This document shows positions 56,259-64,000 of a stretch of 64,000 nucleotides of DNA, in pieces (the first letter of the stretch is position 1; every line of letters begins with the position of its first letter). The translations under genes and the position numbers were made by a program. The stretch spans positions 1,344,001 to 1,408,000 of the forward strand of contig CAWJET010000001.1 of assembly GCA_963842085.1 (NCBI GenBank), given 5' to 3'. The notes under the pieces were generated by a model. The model was not told the origin of the DNA, searched no databases, and saw only the letters and a program-made list of their open reading frames with translations. This stretch comes from an uncultured delta proteobacterium (GTDB taxonomy: Bacteria; Desulfobacterota; Binatia; Binatales; Binataceae).

Positions 56259-59006
56259 CTACACGTCCTTGAAGGCAGCCTTCTTCCGCGAGGCCTCTAT
56301 CGCGGCCTGGGCCGCCGCCAGCCGCGCGACCGGAATCCGGTACGGCGAGCACGAAACGTAGTCCAACCCGAGGCGATGGCACAGCTTGACGCTGGCCGGA
56401 TCGCCGCCATGCTCGCCGCAAATCCCGATCTTCAATTTCCGGTTCGCCTTGCGCCCGCGCTCGATCGCGATTCGCATCAATTCGCCAACTCCGGCCGGGT
56501 CGAGCTCCGCGAACGGGTCCTTCTTGTAAACTCCGGCGCGAATGTAGTCGGGCAGAAATTTGCCCGAGTCATCGCGCGAGATTCCATACGTCATCTGCGT
56601 CAGATCGTTGGTCCCAAATGAAAAAAATTCCGCGACCGCGCCGATCTGATCCGCCGTCACGCACGCGCGCGGAACTTCGATCATCGTGCCGATCGTGTAC
56701 GCCACCTTGATCCCGCGCTCGGTGAAGACCTCGGCGGCGACTTCGCGAATCTGCTCCGCCAGGATGTCGAATTCCCGGCGCTCGCCGATCAGCGGCAGCA
56801 TGATTTCCGGCATCGCCTTGACACCCTGCTTACGCAGCTCGCACGCCGCCTCGATAATCGCGCGCGCCTGTGCCCGGTAAATCTCGGGGAAGCTGATTCC
56901 CAGCCGCGAGCCGCGATGCCCCAGCATCGGGTTCACCTCGAACAGGCCCTCACGCACCTGCTTCAGATGCTCGAACGTGGTGCCGATTTTAACCGCCAGG
57001 TCTCGCAACTCGCCGTCCTCATGCGGGAGAAATTCATGCAACGGCGGATCGAGCAGACGGATCGTCACCGGCAGTCCGGCCATCGCCTTCAGGATTCCGA
57101 CGAAGTCCTGGCGCTGCATCGGCAGGATCTTCGCCAACGCGCGCCCGCGCTGCACCGCGTTCTCCGCCATGATCATTTCGCGCACCGCCGAGATTCGCTC
57201 GGGATCGAAAAACATGTGCTCGGTGCGGCACAGCCCGATTCCTTCGGCGCCGAAATCGCGCGAGATCTTCGCGTCGTTCGGAGTGTCGGCGTTCGCGCGC
57301 ACTCCCAATTTGCGCACCGCGTCCGCCCACGACAGAAATTTTTTGAAGTACGGCGGCATCTCGGGATCGACCGTCGGCACCCGTCCCTCGATCACTTCGC
57401 CCGCCGCCCCGTCGAGCGTGAGGTACTCGCCCCGCCGCACCACCGCGCCGTTGGCTGACAGCGTGCCCGCGCCGTAGTCGATTTCCAGCGCCGACACTCC
57501 CGCCACGCACGACTTGCCCATCCCGCGCGCGACCACCGCCGCGTGACTGGTCATCCCGCCGCGCGCGGTGAGTATTCCTTCGGCCACCTGCATCCCGTGG
57601 ATGTCTTCGGGCGACGTCTCCAGCCGCACCAGGATTACCTTGCGCCCGGCGTGCGCGACGGCCACCGCTTCATCCGCCGAGAACACCACTTCGCCGTTGA
57701 CCGCGCCCGGCGACGCCGGCAGTCCGCGTGCGATCACGTGCTTTTTGCTCGACGGGTCCAGCCGCGGATGCAGAAACTGCTCGAGTTGTTCGGGCTCGAC
57801 CCGCTTGAGCGCCGTCTTGCGATCGATCAGCTTCTCGTCGGCCATGTCCACCGCGATGCGCACCGCCGCCTGCGCCGTGCGCTTGCCGGTGCGCGTCTGC
57901 AGCATGAACAGCCGATTGCGCTCGATGGTGAATTCCATGTCCTGGGTGTCGCGAAAATGCTTTTCCAGCCGCGCCGAGATCTGGAGCAGTTGTTTGTAAA
58001 CCTGCGGGAAGCTCTCCTCGAGCGTCGGGTATTGCGTCGCACGCTCGGCCTCGCCGATTCCCTGGCGCGCGGCCCATTGGCGTCCCGCCTTCAGGCTTAT
58101 CTGCCGTCCGGTGCGGATTCCCGCGACGACGTCCTCGCCCTGCGCGTTGGGCAGAAACTCGCCGTAGATTCCCTTCTCGCCGGTGCCGGGATCGCGCGTG
58201 AATGCGACGCCGGTCGCGCAATCGTCGCCCAGGTTGCCGAACACCATCGATTGCACCGTGACCGCGGTGCCCCAGTCGCCCGGGATATTGTTGAACCGCC
58301 GGTACGCGATCGCGCGATCGTTGTGCCACGAGTCGAACACCGCGCCGATCGCCATCCACAGTTGCTCGCGCGGATCCTGCGGGATGTCGCGGCCGACGCG
58401 CGCGCGTATCAGCGCGCGGAACTCGCCCACCAGTTCCCGCAAATCATCGACCTTCAGCTCGGTGTCGTTCTTGACCCCGCGCGCCGCCTTTTTGCGATCG
58501 ATAATTTCCTCGAACGGATCCGCATCGTTCTTGTTCTCCGGCTTGAGCTTGAGCACGACGTCGCCGAACATCTGGCAGAACCGCCGGTACGAGTCCCACG
58601 CGAAGCGTGGGTTGCCGCTGATTTCCGCGAGCCCCGCCACCGTCTCGTCGGTAAGCCCGAGGTTCAGCACCGTGTCCATCATTCCCGGCATCGAGACGCG
58701 CGCGCCCGAGCGCACCGACACCAGCAGCGGATTCTTCGCGTCGCCGAACTTGCGCCCGAGCGCCTGCTCGACGCGCGCGACGCTCTTCGCCACGCCTTCG
58801 GTCAGCCCCTTCGGATACTTGTGGCCGTGATCGTAAAAGTAGTTGCAAACGCGCGTCGAGATCGTGAATCCCGGCGGCACCGGCAGCTTCAGCCGCGCCA
58901 TCTCGGCCAGGTTTGCGCCCTTGCCGCCCAGCAGATTGCGCATCTCGGCGCGTCCTTCCGCCGCGCCCCCGCCGAAAAAGTAGATCTCAGGATGAATGCG
59001 ACCCAT
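56259..59006 (-). CDS. ppdK: Pyruvate, phosphate dikinase
   Basis: LLGGKGANLAEM, GGMTSHAAVVARG, GLCRTEHMF, GICGEHGG. Confidence 0.98.
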   Translation of the reverse strand: MGRIHPEIYFFGGGAAEGRAEMRNLLGGKGANLAEMARLKLPVPPGFTISTRVCNYFYDHGHKYPKGLTEGVAKSVARVEQALGRKFGDAKNPLLVSVRSGARVSMPGMMDTVLNLGLTDETVAGLAEISGNPRFAWDSYRRFCQMFGDVVLKLKPENKNDADPFEEIIDRKKAARGVKNDTELKVDDLRELVGEFRALIRARVGRDIPQDPREQLWMAIGAVFDSWHNDRAIAYRRFNNIPGDWGTAVTVQSMVFGNLGDDCATGVAFTRDPGTGEKGIYGEFLPNAQGEDVVAGIRTGRQISLKAGRQWAARQGIGEAERATQYPTLEESFPQVYKQLLQISARLEKHFRDTQDMEFTIERNRLFMLQTRTGKRTAQAAVRIAVDMADEKLIDRKTALKRVEPEQLEQFLHPRLDPSSKKHVIARGLPASPGAVNGEVVFSADEAVAVAHAGRKVILVRLETSPEDIHGMQVAEGILTARGGMTSHAAVVARGMGKSCVAGVSALEIDYGAGTLSANGAVVRRGEYLTLDGAAGEVIEGRVPTVDPEMPPYFKKFLSWADAVRKLGVRANADTPNDAKISRDFGAEGIGLCRTEHMFFDPERISAVREMIMAENAVQRGRALAKILPMQRQDFVGILKAMAGLPVTIRLLDPPLHEFLPHEDGELRDLAVKIGTTFEHLKQVREGLFEVNPMLGHRGSRLGISFPEIYRAQARAIIEAACELRKQGVKAMPEIMLPLIGERREFDILAEQIREVAAEVFTERGIKVAYTIGTMIEVPRACVTADQIGAVAEFFSFGTNDLTQMTYGISRDDSGKFLPDYIRAGVYKKDPFAELDPAGVGELMRIAIERGRKANRKLKIGICGEHGGDPASVKLCHRLGLDYVSCSPYRIPVARLAAAQAAIEASRKKAAFKDV

Positions 59007-59080
59007 GTGAAACCGTCTCCAGTCTCCGCTTCGTTTCGTACACGGAGAGATTTTGAATTTATGCCGGAACCCGGAGCGCG

Positions 59081-60457
59081 CTAGCGCGTCCAGCCTATTC
59101 GATTGCCGATCTCTTCGACCAGCCTCGCTATCGGCACGCGATCCTGCGTCATCGAGTCGCGATCGCGCAGAGTCACCGTGTCGTCTTCCATCGTCTGATG
59201 ATCGATCGTCACCCCGTAGGGCGTGCCGACTTCATCCTGGCGGCGATAGCGCCGCCCGATCGAGCCGGCTTGATCGTAAGCGACCGTGAAATGACGCTTC
59301 AACGCGTCGCGGATCGCGATCGCCTTCTCGGGTTGCCCCGCCTTGCGCAGCAGCGGATAGACCGCAACCTTGATCGGCGCTAGCCGCGGATCGAGCCGCA
59401 GCACGATTCGCTCCTCGTTATCGACCACGTCCTCGTCGTACGCATCGAGCATGAACGCCAGCATCGCGCGGTCGACGCCGAGCGCCGGCTCGATTACCCA
59501 CGGCCGAAAGCGCGTCTTGGTGTCCTCGTCGAAATAGGTCAGGTCCCTGCCGCTGAACTTCGCGTGCTGATCGAGATCGAAGCTGCCGCGCTTCGCCACG
59601 CCTTCCAGCTCGCCCCATCCGAACGGATACCGGAACTCAATATCGGTGGTGCCGCTCGAATAATGCGACAGTTCCTCGCTCGCATGCTCGCGCTTGCGCA
59701 GATGCTCGGCCTTGATGCCGAACTTCACGTGCCAGTTGAACCGGAAATCGACCCAGTAGCGATACCACTTCTCTTCTTCTTCGCGATCGGGACGCACGAA
59801 GAACTCCATCTCCATCTGCTCGAACTCGCGCGTTCGGAAGATGAAATTTTCGGTGGTGATTTCGTTGCGGAACGATTTGCCCTGCTGCGCGACGCCGAAC
59901 GGCAGCTTGACCCGCTGCGTATCCACGATGTTCTCGAAGTTCGAGAAAATTCCCTGCGCCGTTTCCGGCCGCAGATAGACGACCGCCGCCGTGTCCTCGA
60001 CCGGCCCCATGTGCGTCTTGAACATCAAATTGAACTGGCGCGCCGGCGTCAGCTCGCCGCCGCACTCCGGACACTTGCCGCCCTCGATCTTGTCGGCGCG
60101 AAAGCGCTGCTTGCAGTCTTTGCAATCGACCAGCGGGTCGGTGAAATTTTTCAGATGCCCCGACGCCTCCCACGTCCGCGGATGCTGAAAAATCGCCGAG
60201 TCCAGCCCCAGCACGTCGCTGCGGTACTGCACCATCTCGCGCCACCACGCCTCCTTGACGTTGCGCTTGAGCTCGACGCCGAGCGGGCCGTAGTCGAAGG
60301 TGGATCCGAGTCCCCCGTAGATGTCGCTCGTCGGAAAAACAATTCCACGGCGCTTGCACAGGTTGACCAGTTTTTCCATCGTGACCGCGCGTTCGGTCGC
60401 GGGCACTGCGTTTTCGGCGGACAACAATTCCTCCTGAATCGCTCGCAGCGTCGGCAC
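59081..60457 (-). CDS. glyQS: Glycine--tRNA ligase, homodimeric (alpha2) type
   Basis: DYGPLG, YLRPETAQG, GKSFRNEI, REFEQME, SIGRRYRRQDE. Confidence 0.96.
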   Translation of the reverse strand: MPTLRAIQEELLSAENAVPATERAVTMEKLVNLCKRRGIVFPTSDIYGGLGSTFDYGPLGVELKRNVKEAWWREMVQYRSDVLGLDSAIFQHPRTWEASGHLKNFTDPLVDCKDCKQRFRADKIEGGKCPECGGELTPARQFNLMFKTHMGPVEDTAAVVYLRPETAQGIFSNFENIVDTQRVKLPFGVAQQGKSFRNEITTENFIFRTREFEQMEMEFFVRPDREEEEKWYRYWVDFRFNWHVKFGIKAEHLRKREHASEELSHYSSGTTDIEFRYPFGWGELEGVAKRGSFDLDQHAKFSGRDLTYFDEDTKTRFRPWVIEPALGVDRAMLAFMLDAYDEDVVDNEERIVLRLDPRLAPIKVAVYPLLRKAGQPEKAIAIRDALKRHFTVAYDQAGSIGRRYRRQDEVGTPYGVTIDHQTMEDDTVTLRDRDSMTQDRVPIARLVEEIGNRIGWTR

Positions 60458-60993
60458 TAGCCCAGGCTGATTATCTCGGCGGAGACTTCGCCGCCATTTC
60501 CGATTTCAAGTATCGCGACCGTTCCCGGCACTCCGATCAGATTGCGCGGCAGCGTGGCGCTGCCCGGATTGACGACCAGCGTCGCGCCGTATCGCGTCAC
60601 TCCCTCGACGTGGCTGTGGCCCTGCACCACCACGTCCATCGGCCCGCCGAATTGCGTGCGCATCGCGCGCGCGAACACTTCCTCCGACGTCTCGTCCGGC
60701 GTCGGAATCGCGTGCACCAGCCCGATTCGCACGCCCGCAATCTCGACCAGGTGCGCCTCGCGCACGCGCTCGTCAGGGTCGAGCCGATGCCGATGCCCGT
60801 CGAGACCTTCGTCGCCGTTGCCCAGCGCCGCGATCACCGGCGCGATCGCCGACAGCTCGTCGAGCACGCGGTTCACGTACACGTCGCCCGCGTGCATCAC
60901 CAGGTCGATCCCGGCGAAAACCTCGAAAACCCTCGGTGGGAGATGCTCGCAGGCTTCGGGGATATGGGTATCAGAGATCAGGCCGATTCGCAT
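60457..60993 (-). CDS. YfcE-like metallophosphoesterase
   Basis: ISDTH, HAGD, GNGD, GHSH, NPGS. Confidence 0.92.
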   Translation of the reverse strand: MRIGLISDTHIPEACEHLPPRVFEVFAGIDLVMHAGDVYVNRVLDELSAIAPVIAALGNGDEGLDGHRHRLDPDERVREAHLVEIAGVRIGLVHAIPTPDETSEEVFARAMRTQFGGPMDVVVQGHSHVEGVTRYGATLVVNPGSATLPRNLIGVPGTVAILEIGNGGEVSAEIISLG

Positions 60994-61079
60994 TGCGCTT
61001 TGCTGCGGGCGCTCATGCCCGCTGAGCACGAATCGTGAAGCCTATCACGGCCCCGAAGCCCTCGCAATTTTCGGGGTGT

Positions 61080-61125
61080 TGTCATCCTGACCGAAGCGAG
61101 CACCGCGAGCGGAGGGAAGGATCTC
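61080..61125. repeat. REP-like hairpin element (GTCATCCTGA..GAAGGATCT type)
   Basis: TGTCATCCTGACCGAAGCGAG..GAAGGATCTC; partial relative at 13409-13425. Confidence 0.55.
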
Positions 61126-61266
61126 GGACAGCTTCGCGCCAGCGAAGCCGGTTCCGGTTCAATGCCCATGGGTGCAAGCAGCAGTGGCCGTTTTCTCAAG
61201 GCTCGTGCTAAGAAACCTAATCATGACGTCACCCGCCGTCGCGCCCGCGGCAGAGGAGAACTCTCG

Positions 61267-61602
61267 ATGCGAATTTCGACACTCGTCATCTGCGCATTTG
61301 TGATTGGAGCCTCGCTGGCGATGCTGGGATGCGGTCATAAGCTGGTCGCGCACAACGGCGAAAGCACCGTCGCCGTCTATCCCGACGAGAATACGTTCAC
61401 GAAACTAACCGACTTGAAAAAACAGGGCGGGGTCGTCGGCGGAATGATCGGAGGGCTCGGCGAAGGACTCGCCACCAAGCAGGTCGACAACAACACCCCG
61501 GTGCGAATCATCAGCAGCGACGACAAAGGCTCGCAGATCGAAGTCCTCGACGGCGCCTTCAAAGGCCTGCACGGCTTCGTCCCGCAAGACAACGTGCACT
61601 GA
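61267..61602 (+). CDS. Hypothetical lipoprotein
   Basis: SD GAGGAG, signal peptide ending LAMLGC (lipobox). Confidence 0.75.
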   Translation: MRISTLVICAFVIGASLAMLGCGHKLVAHNGESTVAVYPDENTFTKLTDLKKQGGVVGGMIGGLGEGLATKQVDNNTPVRIISSDDKGSQIEVLDGAFKGLHGFVPQDNVH

Positions 61603-61646
61603 CGCGGACATGGCGCTTCGCGTTTCGTTCTCCTGAACCAAAGTAC

Positions 61647-61662
61647 CGTTTCACGTGAAACA
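61647..61662. other. parS centromere-like site
   Basis: CGTTTCACGTGAAACA, 15/16 match to TGTTTCACGTGAAACA, intergenic. Confidence 0.85.
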
Positions 61663-61715
61663 CTTTCGCTTTAAACCGCAATAGTCAGGCGGTGTTTTTC
61701 GAGAATCAGGCGAAA

Positions 61716-62969
61716 CTACGACGTCTTTCGATACTGCCGCGGACTCGATCCGATCACGCCGCTGCGCTCGAGTTCCGCGATATCTTCGTCCGTCATTGCG
61801 AGCAGCTCGGCAAAGACCTGGCGGTTGTGCTCGCCCAGCAGCGGCGCGGGAGTATCGGCGCGCAGCGGAGTCTCCGGGAGGCGCGCGACGGCGCCCGGAT
61901 ACAGATGCGTCCCGACCACGGCGCGATCGATCGCGACGAAATACTCGCGGCTTTGGATTTGCGGATCGGCCATCACCGCCGGCGCCGAATTGACCGGCGC
62001 GGCGAGCACTCCCGCCTCACGCAGCCGCGCGACGCAATCGTCGGCGTTCAGCTGCGCAATTGCGCCGGACAGTTCGGCTTCGAGCGCGTCTTCATTGTCT
62101 TTGCGGTCCGGCGCGCCGGCAAAGCGTTGGTCATCTGCCAGGTGCGCGATTCCCAGCGCGTCCGCCAGACCTCGCCACTGATCGTCGGTCTCGCAGGCAA
62201 GCGCGATCCAGTTGTCGTCTCCCGCGCAGCGGTAGATTCCGTGCGGCGCATGCTCGCGATGCCGGTTGCCGCGCGCAGCGGGTACCTTGCCCATGAACTG
62301 ATATTCAAGGATCGCCTCTGCGACGAACGGAATCAGCGACTCGACCTGCGCCAGCTCGATCAACTGCCCGCGCCCGGTGCGCTCGCGCTCGCGTAGCGAC
62401 ACCATCAGCGCGAATACGCCGTGCAATCCGCCGACCGGATCGCCCAGCGCGTTGCTGAGCGTGTAACGCTGCCCGTTGCCGTCGTGATACCCGGTCAATC
62501 CCGTCACGCCCGCCATCGCCTCGACCGTGTTGCCGTAGCCGCGCGCGTTGCATTCGGGACCGTCGAGCCCGAACGACGGCATCGAGATCATGATCAGCCG
62601 CGGATTGAGCGCGCTCACCGATTCGTAGCTGAGTCCGAGCCGCTCCATCACGCCCGGACTGAAATTCTCGATCAGGATGTCGGAGACCTTGATCAGCCGC
62701 TTCAGGATTTCGATTCCGCGCACGCCGGCGAGATCGAGCGTGACGCCGCGCTTGCCGCGATTGGCGGTATTGAAAACCGCCGCGCGCTCGATCGGCTGCA
62801 TCTCCGGCGGCGCCATCGACAGCGAGCCGCGCCACCAGTCGAAGTGATGCGTATCCTCGACCTTGATCACCTCGGCGCCCATCTCGGCGAACATCTGGCC
62901 GGCCAGCGGCCCCGCCCATCCCATCGAGAGGTCGAGCACGCGCAGCTTGCCGTCGAAGATTGAGTTCAT
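61716..62969 (-). CDS. CaiB/BaiF (class III) CoA-transferase
   Basis: LRVLDL..WAGP, GAEVIKVE, NRGKR, ENFSPG, catalytic GDPVGG, APLLGEH. Confidence 0.94.
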   Translation of the reverse strand: MNSIFDGKLRVLDLSMGWAGPLAGQMFAEMGAEVIKVEDTHHFDWWRGSLSMAPPEMQPIERAAVFNTANRGKRGVTLDLAGVRGIEILKRLIKVSDILIENFSPGVMERLGLSYESVSALNPRLIMISMPSFGLDGPECNARGYGNTVEAMAGVTGLTGYHDGNGQRYTLSNALGDPVGGLHGVFALMVSLRERERTGRGQLIELAQVESLIPFVAEAILEYQFMGKVPAARGNRHREHAPHGIYRCAGDDNWIALACETDDQWRGLADALGIAHLADDQRFAGAPDRKDNEDALEAELSGAIAQLNADDCVARLREAGVLAAPVNSAPAVMADPQIQSREYFVAIDRAVVGTHLYPGAVARLPETPLRADTPAPLLGEHNRQVFAELLAMTDEDIAELERSGVIGSSPRQYRKTS

Positions 62970-64000
62970 GTCGTGCCCGCTCTTTTCAGTGAATCTATCG
63001 CGCTGTCGCTTAGTCCCAATCGCGACCCGAAGATTTCGCGATTGTGCTCACCGAGGCGCGGCGCCGGCCGCGAGGCCTCCGCGCGATGCGACGTCAAGCG
63101 CAGCGGTGTCCCCGGCACGCGAATCTTGCCGAGCACCGGATCGTGGATCGTCTCGAAGTAGTTGCGCGCCCGCGTCTGCTCCCACTCGAGCACCTCGGCC
63201 ACGCTCGGTATCGGCACCAGCGGAATCGCGCGGCGCTGCCCCTCGCGATAGAGCCACCTGCGTTCGCGCCCGAGGAAAAACTCTTCGACGATTTCGAGGA
63301 TCGCGTTGTTGTTGAGCATCCTGTTCAGCGCGGTGTTGAAGCGCGGATCGGCAGCCAGCTCGCGACGCCCCATCAGATCGCACAGTCCTTCGAACTGCTT
63401 GTCGGTCACGCAATGCAGGCCCGCGTATCCGTCCTTGCATTTCAGCGTCACGATCAGAAACGGGCCCATTGCGAAGCGCTTGCCCTCGCGGCCGCGCACA
63501 ATCCCGGTGTACTGAAAGGTGACGGTCTCGTAGATCATCGTGGCGACGGTCGCCTCGAGAATCGACACGTCGATCTGCTGCCCGTGGCCGAGTCCCAGGT
63601 CGCGCGCCGCAAGCGCCTGCATCGCGGCAACCGCCGCATACAGCGCGCCGACGTATTGCGCCAGCGCGCCCGGCGGCGTCAGCGGCTCGCGCTCGCGCTC
63701 GCCGACCGGAAACGTCCATCCGCCGCGCGCGAACAGCACCAGGTCATTCAACTTGCCGTCGCGTTCCGGCCCGTCTTGCCCGAAATTCGAAATCGAAACG
63801 ACCGACAGCTTGGGAAACCTGGCAATCAACTCGTCGGGCGCCAGACCATGTGCGGCGAGAGTGCCGGGCGCGAAGTTTTCGATCAGGAGGTCGGCGCCGT
63901 CGAGCAGTCCTGCGAGGAGTTCGCGGCCGCGCTCATGCTTCAGGTTCAGCGTGACGCCCCATTTGTTGAGATTGAGAAACGCAAACAGTCCCCCGCGCTC
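62966..64000 (-). CDS. CaiB/BaiF CoA-transferase subunit, start lies beyond the window end
   Basis: FLNLNKWGVTLNL, ENFAPG, SNFGQDGP, APRLGEH; ATGA overlap with the next gene. Confidence 0.9.
   Translation of the reverse strand, partial: ERGGLFAFLNLNKWGVTLNLKHERGRELLAGLLDGADLLIENFAPGTLAAHGLAPDELIARFPKLSVVSISNFGQDGPERDGKLNDLVLFARGGWTFPVGEREREPLTPPGALAQYVGALYAAVAAMQALAARDLGLGHGQQIDVSILEATVATMIYETVTFQYTGIVRGREGKRFAMGPFLIVTLKCKDGYAGLHCVTDKQFEGLCDLMGRRELAADPRFNTALNRMLNNNAILEIVEEFFLGRERRWLYREGQRRAIPLVPIPSVAEVLEWEQTRARNYFETIHDPVLGKIRVPGTPLRLTSHRAEASRPAPRLGEHNREIFGSRLGLSDSAIDSLKRAGTT

Overview
GC-rich chromosomal window, mostly core genome. Gene content and order (tRNA-Val-thrS-infC-rpmI-rplT-pheST-ihfA-merR, xseAB-tlyA, glyQS-ppdK, a sigma54 two-component system) suggest a deltaproteobacteria-like soil bacterium, possibly Binatota; this is inference only. 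I found no rRNA, CRISPR array, integrase or transposase. Most notable items: (1) a translationally coupled luxE-like / luxC-like / class-III aminotransferase operon with no luciferase or luxD, a candidate acid-to-aldehyde-to-amine pathway; (2) a globin-fold/PAS histidine kinase and NtrC-type activator divergent from a putative sigma54 promoter for a large GT2 glycosyltransferase; (3) a DUF6516/TumE-like + HTH toxin-antitoxin pair with a perfect 13-bp inverted-repeat operator; (4) a candidate direct-repeat LexA box in the lexA promoter; (5) three 22-bp-phased repeats before a sensorless kinase; (6) a secreted Cys/His-rich cluster with DUF2231; (7) a GIY-YIG gene frameshifted by a 26-bp tandem duplication; (8) an ATC-initiated infC; (9) a parS site. 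All product calls come from motif recognition by eye; no searches were run.
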